Source: Propionibacterium ruminifibrarum
GTDB lineage: Bacteria; Actinomycetota; Actinomycetes; Propionibacteriales; Propionibacteriaceae
Length of the DNA stretch: 32,000 bases
Reading direction: 5' to 3'
Assembly (NCBI RefSeq): GCF_900289195.1
Contig: NZ_OMOH01000002.1
Location: 1,206-33,205, forward strand
In this document: piece by piece, positions 7,309 through 15,380 of the stretch
Layout: each line of letters starts with the position of its first letter
How positions within the stretch are numbered: position 1 is the first letter of the stretch
Translations under genes and position numbers: made by a program
Notes under the pieces: generated by a model
Seen by the model: only the letters and a program-made list of their open reading frames with translations
Databases searched by the model: none
Told to the model about the DNA's origin: nothing

Positions 7309-9186
7309 TCACTCCAGGAAGCCGATGCTTTCCTGGGCGAGCTGCTTGCGCTCGACCTCAAGAGCCAGCAGCGTGGTGAACATCTCGGCGTGGTCGGCCT
7401 GGTCGGTCACCGGGTTGGTGCGCTGCAGACGTGACTTCAGGTCGTCGATGCGCCGCATCACCGTGAGCATGCGAAGCTTCGCGGTGTAGGCGGCGGCGTA
7501 GCGCTCGGTCGGTTCCTCGCTGAGCAGCGGTTCCACGAGCAGGGCCACCTCGAGCTGGCGGGCCGTGGGGTCGGCCGTGGTGGTCTGGAGCTGCTCCGCC
7601 CAGCCCTGCGGCTGGTAGCCGGTCTCGGCGATGGCCTCGAAGACGGCGCGGAACGCCGGGTGGGTGAAGTCGTCGGCACTCACACCGTTCCAGGCGGTGT
7701 CGAACAGGGTCGGCCGCTGCAGCATGAGCTTCAGGGTGCCGCGCTCGACGTCCAGCCGATGGTCCCGCGAGTCCGGCCAGGGCAGGCCGACCCGCTGGTG
7801 CGACGGGGCCGGTCCCGGCTCGACGATGTGGTCCGGCGCCCGTTCGGGTTCGGGGCGGCGGGGCCTGCGGCGGCGTTCGTCGCTGATGATTCTGCGCACC
7901 TCGCCCGGGTCCATGCCGACCAGGCGGGCCAGTTCGCGGACGTACTCGTTGACCAGCGAGGAATCCCGGATCGAGGCGATCATGCCGGAGGCGGCGCGCA
8001 CCGCCTCGACCCGGCCGTCGGCCCGGTCGAGATCGTAGCCCGCGACCGTGTGGCCCATGACGTACAGGTACAGGGGTTCACGGCGGCCGATGAGTTCGCG
8101 GACGGCGGCGTCGCCCTGGGCCATGCGAAGATCGCAGGGATCCAGTCCGCTCGGCTCGACTGCCACGTAGGTCTGTGAGGTGAAGGAACGGTCGAGCTTG
8201 TAGACCTTCAGCGCAGCGGCCTGGCCGGCCCGGTCGCCGTCGAAGGTGAAGACGATCTCGCCGCGGGTCGCATCCGAACTGCCCATGAGCCGCTGCAGCA
8301 GGCGGGCGTGGTCCTCCCCGAACGCCGTGCCGCAGACGGCCACCGCCGTGTCGACGCCGGCCAGGTGAGCGCTCATGACGTCGGTGTAGCCCTCCATGAC
8401 GACGGCCTGCTGCTTCTTGCCGATGTTCTGGCGTGCCAGGTCGAGCCCGTACAGGACGTGCGACTTCTTGTAGACGGGTGTCTCGGGCGTGTTGATGTAC
8501 TTGGCGGGCAGGCGGTCATCGTCGTAGAGGCGACGGGCGCCGAAACCGAGTACGGACCGTCCCGAGTCCTTGATGGGCCAGATGACCCGGCCCTGGAAGT
8601 AGTCCCAGCCGCCGCGCTCTCGGATGAGGCCGGCGCGGACGAGTTCGTCGTCGCTGAAACCCGCCTTGTTCAGGTGGCGGTGCAGGGCCCGCCCGTCCTT
8701 GGGCGCGTAGCCGACCCCGAAGCGCTCGGCCGCGGCCCGGTCGAAGCCGCGGCCGTCGAGCATGCGCCGGGCCTCGATGGCCTCGGGGCCGGCCAGCTGG
8801 TTGGCGTAGAAGTCGGCGGCGAGCTTGTTGGCCTCCATGATGCGCACGCGCTGCCCGGGAGGCATCGAGGGGCGGCCGTCGTCGACGATGCGCAGCTGCA
8901 CCCCGGTCCTGTCCGCCAGGGCCTGGACGGCCTCGGTGAAGGAGAGATTGTCGATCTTCTGCATGAAGGTGATGACGTCGCCGCCCTCGCCGCACCCGAA
9001 GCAGTAGAACAGGCCACGGGCCGGCGTCACCTGGAAGCTCGGGGTCTTCTCGTCGTGGAAGGGGCACAGGCCCTTGAGCGAGCCCCCGCCGGCGTTGCGC
9101 AACGTCACATAGGATCCGACGACGTCATCGATCCGGACGCGCTCCCTGACCAGGGCGATGTCCTCGTCGTTGATGCGTCCGGCCAT
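7309..9186 (-). CDS. dnaG: DNA primase
   Basis: 625 aa, with the zinc finger CPFHDEKTPSFQVTPARGLFYCFGCGEGGDVITF and TOPRIM motifs (VVMEGYTDVM, FDGDRAGQAAA). Confidence 0.95.
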   Translation of the reverse strand: MAGRINDEDIALVRERVRIDDVVGSYVTLRNAGGGSLKGLCPFHDEKTPSFQVTPARGLFYCFGCGEGGDVITFMQKIDNLSFTEAVQALADRTGVQLRIVDDGRPSMPPGQRVRIMEANKLAADFYANQLAGPEAIEARRMLDGRGFDRAAAERFGVGYAPKDGRALHRHLNKAGFSDDELVRAGLIRERGGWDYFQGRVIWPIKDSGRSVLGFGARRLYDDDRLPAKYINTPETPVYKKSHVLYGLDLARQNIGKKQQAVVMEGYTDVMSAHLAGVDTAVAVCGTAFGEDHARLLQRLMGSSDATRGEIVFTFDGDRAGQAAALKVYKLDRSFTSQTYVAVEPSGLDPCDLRMAQGDAAVRELIGRREPLYLYVMGHTVAGYDLDRADGRVEAVRAASGMIASIRDSSLVNEYVRELARLVGMDPGEVRRIISDERRRRPRRPEPERAPDHIVEPGPAPSHQRVGLPWPDSRDHRLDVERGTLKLMLQRPTLFDTAWNGVSADDFTHPAFRAVFEAIAETGYQPQGWAEQLQTTTADPTARQLEVALLVEPLLSEEPTERYAAAYTAKLRMLTVMRRIDDLKSRLQRTNPVTDQADHAEMFTTLLALEVERKQLAQESIGFLE

Positions 9187-9220
9187 GCCCGAATTCTATG
9201 CGCCCGGAGGGCGGCCCGGC

Positions 9221-9727
9221 TCAGCCACGGCCGTCGGTGACGGCCACCATGCGCAGGGCTGCGACGGTCGCCTCATAGCCGTGGTCCTTCGCCGACCCGG
9301 GAAGCCCCGCGCGGTCTCGCGCCTGCTCGATGTTCTCGCAGGTCAGCAGGCCGAAGCCGATGGGCTTGCCGCTGTCCAGGCTGACCCTGGTGAGTCCCGC
9401 CGTGGCGGCGTCGCAGACGTAGTCGAAGTGGGGTGTGCCGCCGCGCACGACGACACCGAGGGCGATGACGGCGTCATGGTCGCGTAGGGCGGTCTGCGCG
9501 CCGAGCGGCAGCTCGAAGCTGCCGGGAACCCGGATGATGTCGGGGATGATGGCGGCGTCGGCGCAGGCATGGTTCGCACCCGCCATGAGCCCCTCCATGA
9601 TCTCGGGGTACCAGCTGGCGGCGACGACGGCGACGCTCACCGGGCTGCCGTCGCCGTGGCGGCCCGCGTCCGGGGTGAGAACAGGCAGTTCGATGGCGTT
9701 GGCGGGGCTCTCGTTGGTCTCGGCCAT
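9221..9727 (-). CDS. ribH: 6,7-dimethyl-8-ribityllumazine synthase
   Basis: VAVVAASWYPEIMEGL..., VPGSFELP, ALGVVVRGGTPHFDYV, GLLTCENIEQA. The strong SD AAGGAGAGG precedes the start. Confidence 0.93.
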   Translation of the reverse strand: MAETNESPANAIELPVLTPDAGRHGDGSPVSVAVVAASWYPEIMEGLMAGANHACADAAIIPDIIRVPGSFELPLGAQTALRDHDAVIALGVVVRGGTPHFDYVCDAATAGLTRVSLDSGKPIGFGLLTCENIEQARDRAGLPGSAKDHGYEATVAALRMVAVTDGRG

Positions 9728-9738
9728 GGTCCTCTCCT

Positions 9739-10365
9739 TCAGTCCAGGTCCAGCAGATGGTTCATGCGGTCGCGTTTGGTCCGCAGGTAGGTGATGTTCT
9801 CGGGCCGGGCGCGCACCTGGTCCGGTTCTAGGCCTGCCACCTCGACGCCGGCGGCGCGCAGGCCGACGGCCTTGAGCGGGTTGTTGGTGAGAAGGCGGAT
9901 GCGTGTCATGCCGATCTCCCGCAGGATCAGGGCGGCGGACGCGTAGCTGCGGGCCTCGACGGGCAGCCCGAGCTTCTCGTTGGCCGCCACGGTGTCGAGA
10001 CCCTGCTCCTGCAGGTGGTAGGCGCGGAGTTTGTTGAACAGGCCGATGCCCCGCCCCTCCTGGTCACGCAGGTAGACGATGGCGCCCCCGGACTCGGCGA
10101 CCATGGCCATGGCGGCGTGGAGCTGTTCGCCGCAGTCGCAGCGGTGCGAGCCGAGTACGTCACCGGTGAGGCATTCCGAGTGCACCCGCACGAGCGGGAT
10201 GGTCTCCTCGGGTACCGGGACGACCAGGCTCATGTGCTCGATACCGTCGATGCGCCAGCACTGGGCGGTGAAGAGCCCCCACTCGGTCGGCAGGGCGACG
10301 GGGTCGGTGCGTTCCACGTCCGGCGCGGACCCGCCGGGGGCCCGCCCTGCAGGATGGACGCTCAC
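9739..10365 (-). CDS. ribA: GTP cyclohydrolase II (monofunctional, no DHBP-synthase domain)
   Basis: 208 aa aligning end to end with E. coli-type RibA: LPTEWGLF..., VRVHSECLTGDVLGSHRCDCGEQL, QEGRGIGLFNKLRAYHLQEQGLDTV, RLLTNNP. The GTG start overlaps the ribE stop (GTGA). Confidence 0.9.
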   Translation of the reverse strand: MSVHPAGRAPGGSAPDVERTDPVALPTEWGLFTAQCWRIDGIEHMSLVVPVPEETIPLVRVHSECLTGDVLGSHRCDCGEQLHAAMAMVAESGGAIVYLRDQEGRGIGLFNKLRAYHLQEQGLDTVAANEKLGLPVEARSYASAALILREIGMTRIRLLTNNPLKAVGLRAAGVEVAGLEPDQVRARPENITYLRTKRDRMNHLLDLD

Positions 10366-10997
10366 TCGCGGGCCTCGGCCGGGGCGAAGGCCATGAACCG
10401 GCTCAGGTACTTGGCGAGGACATCGGTCTCGATGTTCACCATGTCACCCGCGGCGAGGCGGCCGAGGCGGGTTCCGGTGAGTGTGGCGGGGATGAGGCCG
10501 ACCTCGAACCAGCTGTCCACGGCGTCGGGGTCGCTGACCGCGGTGACGGTGAGCGAGACGCCGTCGACGGCGATGGCGCCCTTCTCGGCGATCTGCGGAG
10601 CCAGCCGGTTCGGCACGCCGACCCGCAGCGTCGTCCAGCTGCCCTGCTCGGTGATCGACAGGACCCGCCCGGCGCCGTCCACGTGTCCCTGCACGATGTG
10701 GCCGTCGAGGCGTCCGTCGGCGGGCACGCAGCGTTCGAGGTTGACGACGTCCCCCGGCGCGACCTGCCCGAGGCTGGTGCGGTCCATGGTCTCGCCCATG
10801 AGTTCGGCGACGAACACGCCCTGGCGCTCGGGATCGGCGACCGATGTCAGGCAGACGCCGTTGACGGCCAGCGATCCCCCGACGGGGAGGTCGTCTGCGA
10901 CGCCGTGGGTGTCGACGACCAGACGTGTGATGCCCGGGGCCGCTCCGGGCAGGAGTTCGACGACGGTTCCCAGCCCATCAACGATTCCGGTGAACAT
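10362..10997 (-). CDS. ribE: riboflavin synthase (alpha chain)
   Basis: MFTGIVDGLGTVVEL... and the duplicated lumazine-binding repeats (GSLAVNGVCLTS / GAIAVDGVSLTV). The start overlaps the ribD 3' end by 20 nt. Confidence 0.9.
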   Translation of the reverse strand: MFTGIVDGLGTVVELLPGAAPGITRLVVDTHGVADDLPVGGSLAVNGVCLTSVADPERQGVFVAELMGETMDRTSLGQVAPGDVVNLERCVPADGRLDGHIVQGHVDGAGRVLSITEQGSWTTLRVGVPNRLAPQIAEKGAIAVDGVSLTVTAVSDPDAVDSWFEVGLIPATLTGTRLGRLAAGDMVNIETDVLAKYLSRFMAFAPAEARE

Positions 10998-12087
10998 GCT
11001 TCTCCTCACGGGTAGGTGTCTTCTCAGGCCGGCGCGGGGACGGCCGGAGGATGATCTCGAGGTTGTCGTCGAGGGTGCGAACGGGTTCATCCAGTCGCCA
11101 TTGGATGGCTCGGCCGAGCGTGTCGACGTTCAGCGCCCCGGTCGAGCGGATGCCGGGTCCGAGCATGAGCGGTGCCTGCTGGACGACGAGGGTGTCCACC
11201 AGGTCGGCGTCGATGAACGCACCGGTGATGGTGGGGCCGCCCTCGACGAGGACGTGCCCGACGCCGGCGGCCGCCAGTTCGGCGAGTACCTGCACCGGAT
11301 CGTGGCTGGCGATCTGCAGCCACGGGCCATCGCGCAGCGCCGCGCCGTCGGGCACCGGACGCAGCCCCATCGCGACGTGCAGGGGCTGGTTGCCGAGCGG
11401 TTCCCCGTTCCTGTCACGGGCGGTGAGCCTGGGGTCGTCGGCGAGGACCGTTCCGGTGCCGACGAGGACGGCGTCCGCCCGGGCGCGGAGGGCGTGCGCC
11501 GACCGGCGCGCCCGGTCGCCGGTGATCCACTGGCTCGTGCCATCGGCTGCCGCGACGCACCCGTCGAGGCTCTGCGCGATCTTGGCCGTCACGTATGGCC
11601 GGCCCTGCCTGGCGGCGAGCAGCCAGCGGTCGTTCAGTTCACGGGCCTGCTCCGCCATGAGCCCCTCGACGGTCTCCACCCCGGCGGCACGAAGCCTGGC
11701 TGCGCCTCCCGAGGCGATGGTGTGCGGGTCGGCCGTGGCGTAGACGACCCGGGAGATCCCGGCGTCGATGAGCGCCCGCGAACAGGGACCGGTGCGGCCG
11801 GTGTGGTCACAGGGTTCGAGGGTGACGACCATGGTGGCGCCGCGCACGTCCTGTCCGCTCTCGCTGGCCGCGCGCAGGGCGTCGACCTCGGCGTGAGGGG
11901 TGCCCGCGCCCCTGTGATGGCCGACGGCGATGATGCGGTTCTGATCAACGATGGTGGCCCCGACGAGCGGGTTCGCGCCCCGGGCGCCCTGCCTGGCGAC
12001 GTCGAGCGCCACGGCCATGGCCTGCGCCTCGAGTGGCGTGGTGGGCGCGTGCGGCTGTCCGTCGCCCCGACCCGACTGTGAACTCAT
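10978..12087 (-). CDS. ribD: bifunctional diaminohydroxyphosphoribosylaminopyrimidine deaminase / 5-amino-6-(5-phosphoribosylamino)uracil reductase
   Basis: The deaminase zinc motifs are HAEVDAL and TLEPCDHTGRTGPC. The reductase domain follows (YVTAKIAQSLDG...TGDRARR...LVGTGTVLADDPRLT...VLVEGGPT). The start ATG 12087 is preceded by GGAGGGGG. Confidence 0.9.
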   Translation of the reverse strand: MSSQSGRGDGQPHAPTTPLEAQAMAVALDVARQGARGANPLVGATIVDQNRIIAVGHHRGAGTPHAEVDALRAASESGQDVRGATMVVTLEPCDHTGRTGPCSRALIDAGISRVVYATADPHTIASGGAARLRAAGVETVEGLMAEQARELNDRWLLAARQGRPYVTAKIAQSLDGCVAAADGTSQWITGDRARRSAHALRARADAVLVGTGTVLADDPRLTARDRNGEPLGNQPLHVAMGLRPVPDGAALRDGPWLQIASHDPVQVLAELAAAGVGHVLVEGGPTITGAFIDADLVDTLVVQQAPLMLGPGIRSTGALNVDTLGRAIQWRLDEPVRTLDDNLEIILRPSPRRPEKTPTREEKHVHRNR

Positions 12088-12207
12088 CGGCCCCCTCCGG
12101 CATCCTCGCCCGGGGCCCATGAGTGAACGGTCCGGGATGGCCGGCCGGTTCCACGGTCGGCCCCGTCCGGCGATCGTGCGCCGCGACGGGTGGCCGTCCA
12201 CTCATGC

Positions 12208-12325
12208 CATGCGCCTCCCATCCAGACTGTGACTGTCGGTTCTGGAATTCCACCAGATCAGCCGGCCGTTGGCCGGGTCGCGGACTCTCACCGCCGGTAC
12301 GGATTTTCACCGTCCCCGGGACATG
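12208..12325 (-). promoter_or_regulatory. FMN riboswitch (RFN element) in the ribD leader
   Basis: The minus strand reads CCGGGGACGGTGAAAATCCGTACCGGCGGTGAGAGTCCGCGACCCGGCCAACGGCCGGCTGATCTGGTGGAATTCCAGAACCGACAGTCACAGTCTGGATGGGAGG. This is nearly collinear with the B. subtilis ribD RFN consensus (GGGG.GGGTGAAATTCC..ACCGGCGGT...GCCCGCGA....GGTG.GATTCC.GAGCCGACAGT..AGTCTGGATGGGAG). Confidence 0.9.
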
Positions 12326-12398
12326 ACAGGGTCAGTATGCCACGCCCGGGTCCATCCCGGTGGTTCTTTCACCCGGGTTGTACCGGCCGGGCGGCGGT

Positions 12399-13172
12399 TC
12401 AGGCGGCGGGGCGATCCTGGTGGACGCGGTGACCGGCCCGGAACATCGCCTTCATGTTGACTCCGCCGAGTGCCCGGTCGAGCAGCTGCGGGTCGGTGGC
12501 GACGAAGCCGGTGACGGTGTCGGCCCCGTAGTCGAAGAGCATCGGGTGCAGCGGGGTGGAGGGTCCGACGAGCACGGTGTGGGCGTCCCGGGACAGCTCC
12601 AGCAGGCGCGGCGCCGTCTTGTTGACGAAACTCGACCCGGAGATGAACACGTAATCGCACTCGGGCAGGATGTACTCGCAGGCGGTGTCCGGGTAGTCGC
12701 CGGGCTGCGGGTGGCGTTCCAGGCAGTAGAACTCGCCGGCCCGGTCCAGGGCGTCCCGGGCGAACCCGAAGTGCCCGATGACGGCGACCCGCTTGCCCTC
12801 AACCGCCCGGGCGTAGGGATCGAAGACCTGCTGCCAGGTCGTGCCCTCGCCGGTCGCCACGAAGCCCTTCTCGGCGGCCGAGTCCGGACGGGCGTACCAG
12901 GAGTTGATGGCCGCCTGGCCGATGGAGGCCTCGGCGAGATTCCAGCTGTGGATCAGGTCGGCGGCGGTACGCAGCGCCAGTCCTTCGAGCAGGACGCCCT
13001 CGAAGCTGTCCGGGCGCGACTTCACGTTCATGGTCCAGGCCATCCCGGCTCCCCCGGCCGAGTTGAGCACGCGGGTCCACTGCGCACCCACGTTCACTGC
13101 GTGAACCGTCACGTCCTCGGGTATCTCGGCGAGGAGATCCTCGTAGATCTGCCATGCCCCTGCCATCATCAC
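12399..13172 (-). CDS. DUF4213/DUF364 domain protein (Rossmann-like 'putative heavy-metal chelation' family)
   Basis: GKRVAVIGHFGFA..., LERHPQPGDYPDTACEYILPECDYVFISGSSFVNKTAPRLLEL..., VLVGPSTPLHPMLFDYGADTVTG match the DUF364 pattern. The N-terminal part is DUF4213-like. The start is one of the GTG-ATG-ATG codons at 13164-13172. Confidence 0.65.
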   Translation of the reverse strand: MMMAGAWQIYEDLLAEIPEDVTVHAVNVGAQWTRVLNSAGGAGMAWTMNVKSRPDSFEGVLLEGLALRTAADLIHSWNLAEASIGQAAINSWYARPDSAAEKGFVATGEGTTWQQVFDPYARAVEGKRVAVIGHFGFARDALDRAGEFYCLERHPQPGDYPDTACEYILPECDYVFISGSSFVNKTAPRLLELSRDAHTVLVGPSTPLHPMLFDYGADTVTGFVATDPQLLDRALGGVNMKAMFRAGHRVHQDRPAA

Positions 13173-13200
13173 CTCACGTTCCCCTAGGACAACGATTTAC

Positions 13201-13219
13201 TTAGGTTAGCCTGTGAATA
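13201..13219. promoter_or_regulatory. candidate DtxR/IdeR-type iron box (perfect left half only) in the divergent DUF364/fetB control region
   Basis: TTAGGTTAGCCTGTGAATA against the consensus TTAGGTTAGCCTAACCTAA: the first 12 positions are identical and the right half is poor (about 13/19 overall). It overlaps a -10-like AATAAT within the only AT-rich patch of this intergenic region. Confidence 0.3.
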
Positions 13220-13288
13220 ATGGCGAGTCCAGGACTCAGGTCGTGCCCCGGCACGACGAAGCACCCCGTCCTGGGGAAGAATGCTGGC

Positions 13289-14272
13289 GTGTCCATCGAT
13301 CCGAGCCTGCGGCTGGCCGGTGCGCTGGCGCTGCTCGTCGCACTGGCGATGCTCGCCGCGTGGGCCGGCCGCTTCGCCTTCCTGAGATCGGTTCCGTGGG
13401 CGGCGGCGCGAGCCGTCGTCCAGTTGTTCGCCGTCTCGTTCATCGTCGTGGCGGCCGTCACGAGGCTCTGGGCCGCCGCGCTGTTCGTCGCCGCCATGTT
13501 CGCGGTCGCCGTGTGGACGACGACGGGACGGATCGGCGCCCGCCGGGCCTGGGCGTGGTCGGCGCTGGCGGTCGCCGCCGGCGTACTGCCGGTCCTGACG
13601 ATCATCTTCGCAACCGGTGCGGCGCCGCTCAACGGCGCCTCGCTCGTACCGATCGGCTCGATCATCGTCGGCAACGCGATGAGCGCCCACACCTTGAACG
13701 GGCGGCGGCTCTTCGCGGCCCTGCGTGAGGGACGGGATGTCTTCGAGGCGGCGTTGTCCCTCGGGTTCGCGCGGCCCGATGCGATCGGGATCATCGTGCG
13801 CCCCATCGCCGGCGAGTCCCTCATCCCGACGCTCGACAGGACACGGACCGTGGGGCTCGTGACGTTGCCGGGCGCCTTCATCGGTGTTCTGCTCGGCGGC
13901 GGTACGCCGCTCCAGGCGGGGGCCGCCCAGGTACTCGTCATCATCGGGATTCTCGCGGCAGAATCGGTGACGGTGCTCGTCATGACCCTGCTGATCACCG
14001 GCGCACGGCTACTGCCCGCCGACGACCGCCGCCGCATCCGCCAGGGTTCCCCACGCCCGGGGCGGGGCCGGCCCCGGCGGGTGGCCCGGCACAGAGCCCG
14101 GTCCGGATCCTGGGCCCGCGCCGGGCGGGGCCGGGCGAAGTTTCGGGGCCGAATGGGCCGCGGACGTCGTCAGGCCCCGTGCCCCACGCCCCGCGGCAGC
14201 CGCGCCGGATCCCAGCCGAGCAGGCGCTCGGCACAGTCGAAGGCGAAACGGTCGGTCATGCCCGCGACATAG
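13289..14272 (+). CDS. FetB/YbbM (UPF0014) family ABC-type iron-export permease, with an atypical Arg-rich C-terminal tail
   Basis: The multi-TM body runs ...AARAVVQLFAVSFIVVAA..., LVPIGSIIVGNAMSAHTLNGRRL, DVFEAALSLGFARPDA, ESLIPTLDRTRTVGLVTLPGAFIGVLLGG, as in the family. I prefer the GTG 13289 start; the ORF is open from 13220. No partner ATPase gene is adjacent. Confidence 0.6.
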   Translation: MSIDPSLRLAGALALLVALAMLAAWAGRFAFLRSVPWAAARAVVQLFAVSFIVVAAVTRLWAAALFVAAMFAVAVWTTTGRIGARRAWAWSALAVAAGVLPVLTIIFATGAAPLNGASLVPIGSIIVGNAMSAHTLNGRRLFAALREGRDVFEAALSLGFARPDAIGIIVRPIAGESLIPTLDRTRTVGLVTLPGAFIGVLLGGGTPLQAGAAQVLVIIGILAAESVTVLVMTLLITGARLLPADDRRRIRQGSPRPGRGRPRRVARHRARSGSWARAGRGRAKFRGRMGRGRRQAPCPTPRGSRAGSQPSRRSAQSKAKRSVMPAT

Positions 14273-15336
14273 GTGACGGCGCTGCGCGTCAGGTCGTCGA
14301 GGTCGCGGTACTCGGACGGCAGGTCACCCGGATGGCCGATGTAGTACGAGACGAGCTGCTGCAGCACCTCGATCATCGCGTGCGACTGCGCCAGCGACTC
14401 CGGGCGGGTGTAGATGCGTTCGTAGTTGAACCGGCGCAGGGCGGCCAGTGCGCCAGCCGTGCGGGCGTCCATGCCGACGGCACCGGTGCGGGTGGTGGTG
14501 GTGACGACGGCCCCGATGAGCGTCGCCAGCTGCTCCCGCAGGGACAGGCCGATGACGTCGACGACCCCGCCCGGCACGTCGCCGGGCTCGACGATGCCGG
14601 CGCGGATGGCGTCCTCGAGGTCGTGGGCGCAGTACCCGATGCGATCGGCCCAGCTGACGATCTCACCCTCGATGGTGCACGGCGCCGGGCTCGACCACGA
14701 GTGGTTTGCGATGCCGTCACGCGTCTCGGCGCACAGGTTCAGGCCGGCCAGGGCGACCTCGGCCCCCCAGGGTCCGTGGTCGAAACCCTCGGGCAGGAAC
14801 GCGTCGAAGGCCTCCTCGGAGGCGTGGCCGCCGGGCCCGTGCCCGCAGTCGTGGCCGAGCGCGATGGCCTCGGTCAGCGCCACGTTGGCGCCGATGCCGC
14901 GGGCGATGGAGGTGGCCACCTGGTAGACCTCGATGGCGTGGGTCAGGCGGGTGCGCTGGTGGTCGGTCGGGTAGACGACGACCTGGGTCTTTCCGGCCAG
15001 GCGCCGAAAACTCGTGGAGTGGACGATGCGGTCGTGGTCGCGTTCGAAGCAGGTGCGTTCGGTGTCGGGCTCCTCCTCGCGCATCCTGGAGCCGGCCCCG
15101 TGGGATCGCGCGGCGCCCTCGCGGAGGGTGAGGGCCTCGAGTTCCTCCCGGGCCAGGCGCCCGACGGGCTCCCCCCTGCCGATGAGCAGGTGCGAGTCCC
15201 GGTGCGGGCGCACGATGTCGTCGCCGTCCACCTCGTGCTCGTGGCCGCTCATGGTGCGCGCCCAGGCCCTGGAACGCGCGGTGGCAACCAACCCGTGGCC
15301 CGCATCCCGCCGGCCGCCACCACTGCTGCTCGTCAT
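14170..15336 (-). CDS. dgt: deoxyguanosinetriphosphate triphosphohydrolase-like HD-domain protein
   Basis: FERDHDRIVHSTSFRRLAGKTQV, RTRLTHAIEVYQVA, GHDCGHGPGGHASE, ANHSW, SWADRIGYCAHDLEDA, VAGMTDRFA. The start is ATG 15336 or ATG 15252. The upstream part of the 841-aa track ORF is a shadow of dus. Confidence 0.85.
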   Translation of the reverse strand: MTSSSGGGRRDAGHGLVATARSRAWARTMSGHEHEVDGDDIVRPHRDSHLLIGRGEPVGRLAREELEALTLREGAARSHGAGSRMREEEPDTERTCFERDHDRIVHSTSFRRLAGKTQVVVYPTDHQRTRLTHAIEVYQVATSIARGIGANVALTEAIALGHDCGHGPGGHASEEAFDAFLPEGFDHGPWGAEVALAGLNLCAETRDGIANHSWSSPAPCTIEGEIVSWADRIGYCAHDLEDAIRAGIVEPGDVPGGVVDVIGLSLREQLATLIGAVVTTTTRTGAVGMDARTAGALAALRRFNYERIYTRPESLAQSHAMIEVLQQLVSYYIGHPGDLPSEYRDLDDLTRSAVTYVAGMTDRFAFDCAERLLGWDPARLPRGVGHGA

Positions 15337-15380
15337 GGTCACCAGTATGGCCGGGAGCGCCGACACCGGGGCCGGCCGGT

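Noticed and set aside
10015-12081. 688-aa ORF on the plus strand across ribA/ribE/ribD
   Set aside because: It is antisense to three strongly recognisable rib genes. It has no domains and shadow-ORF composition.
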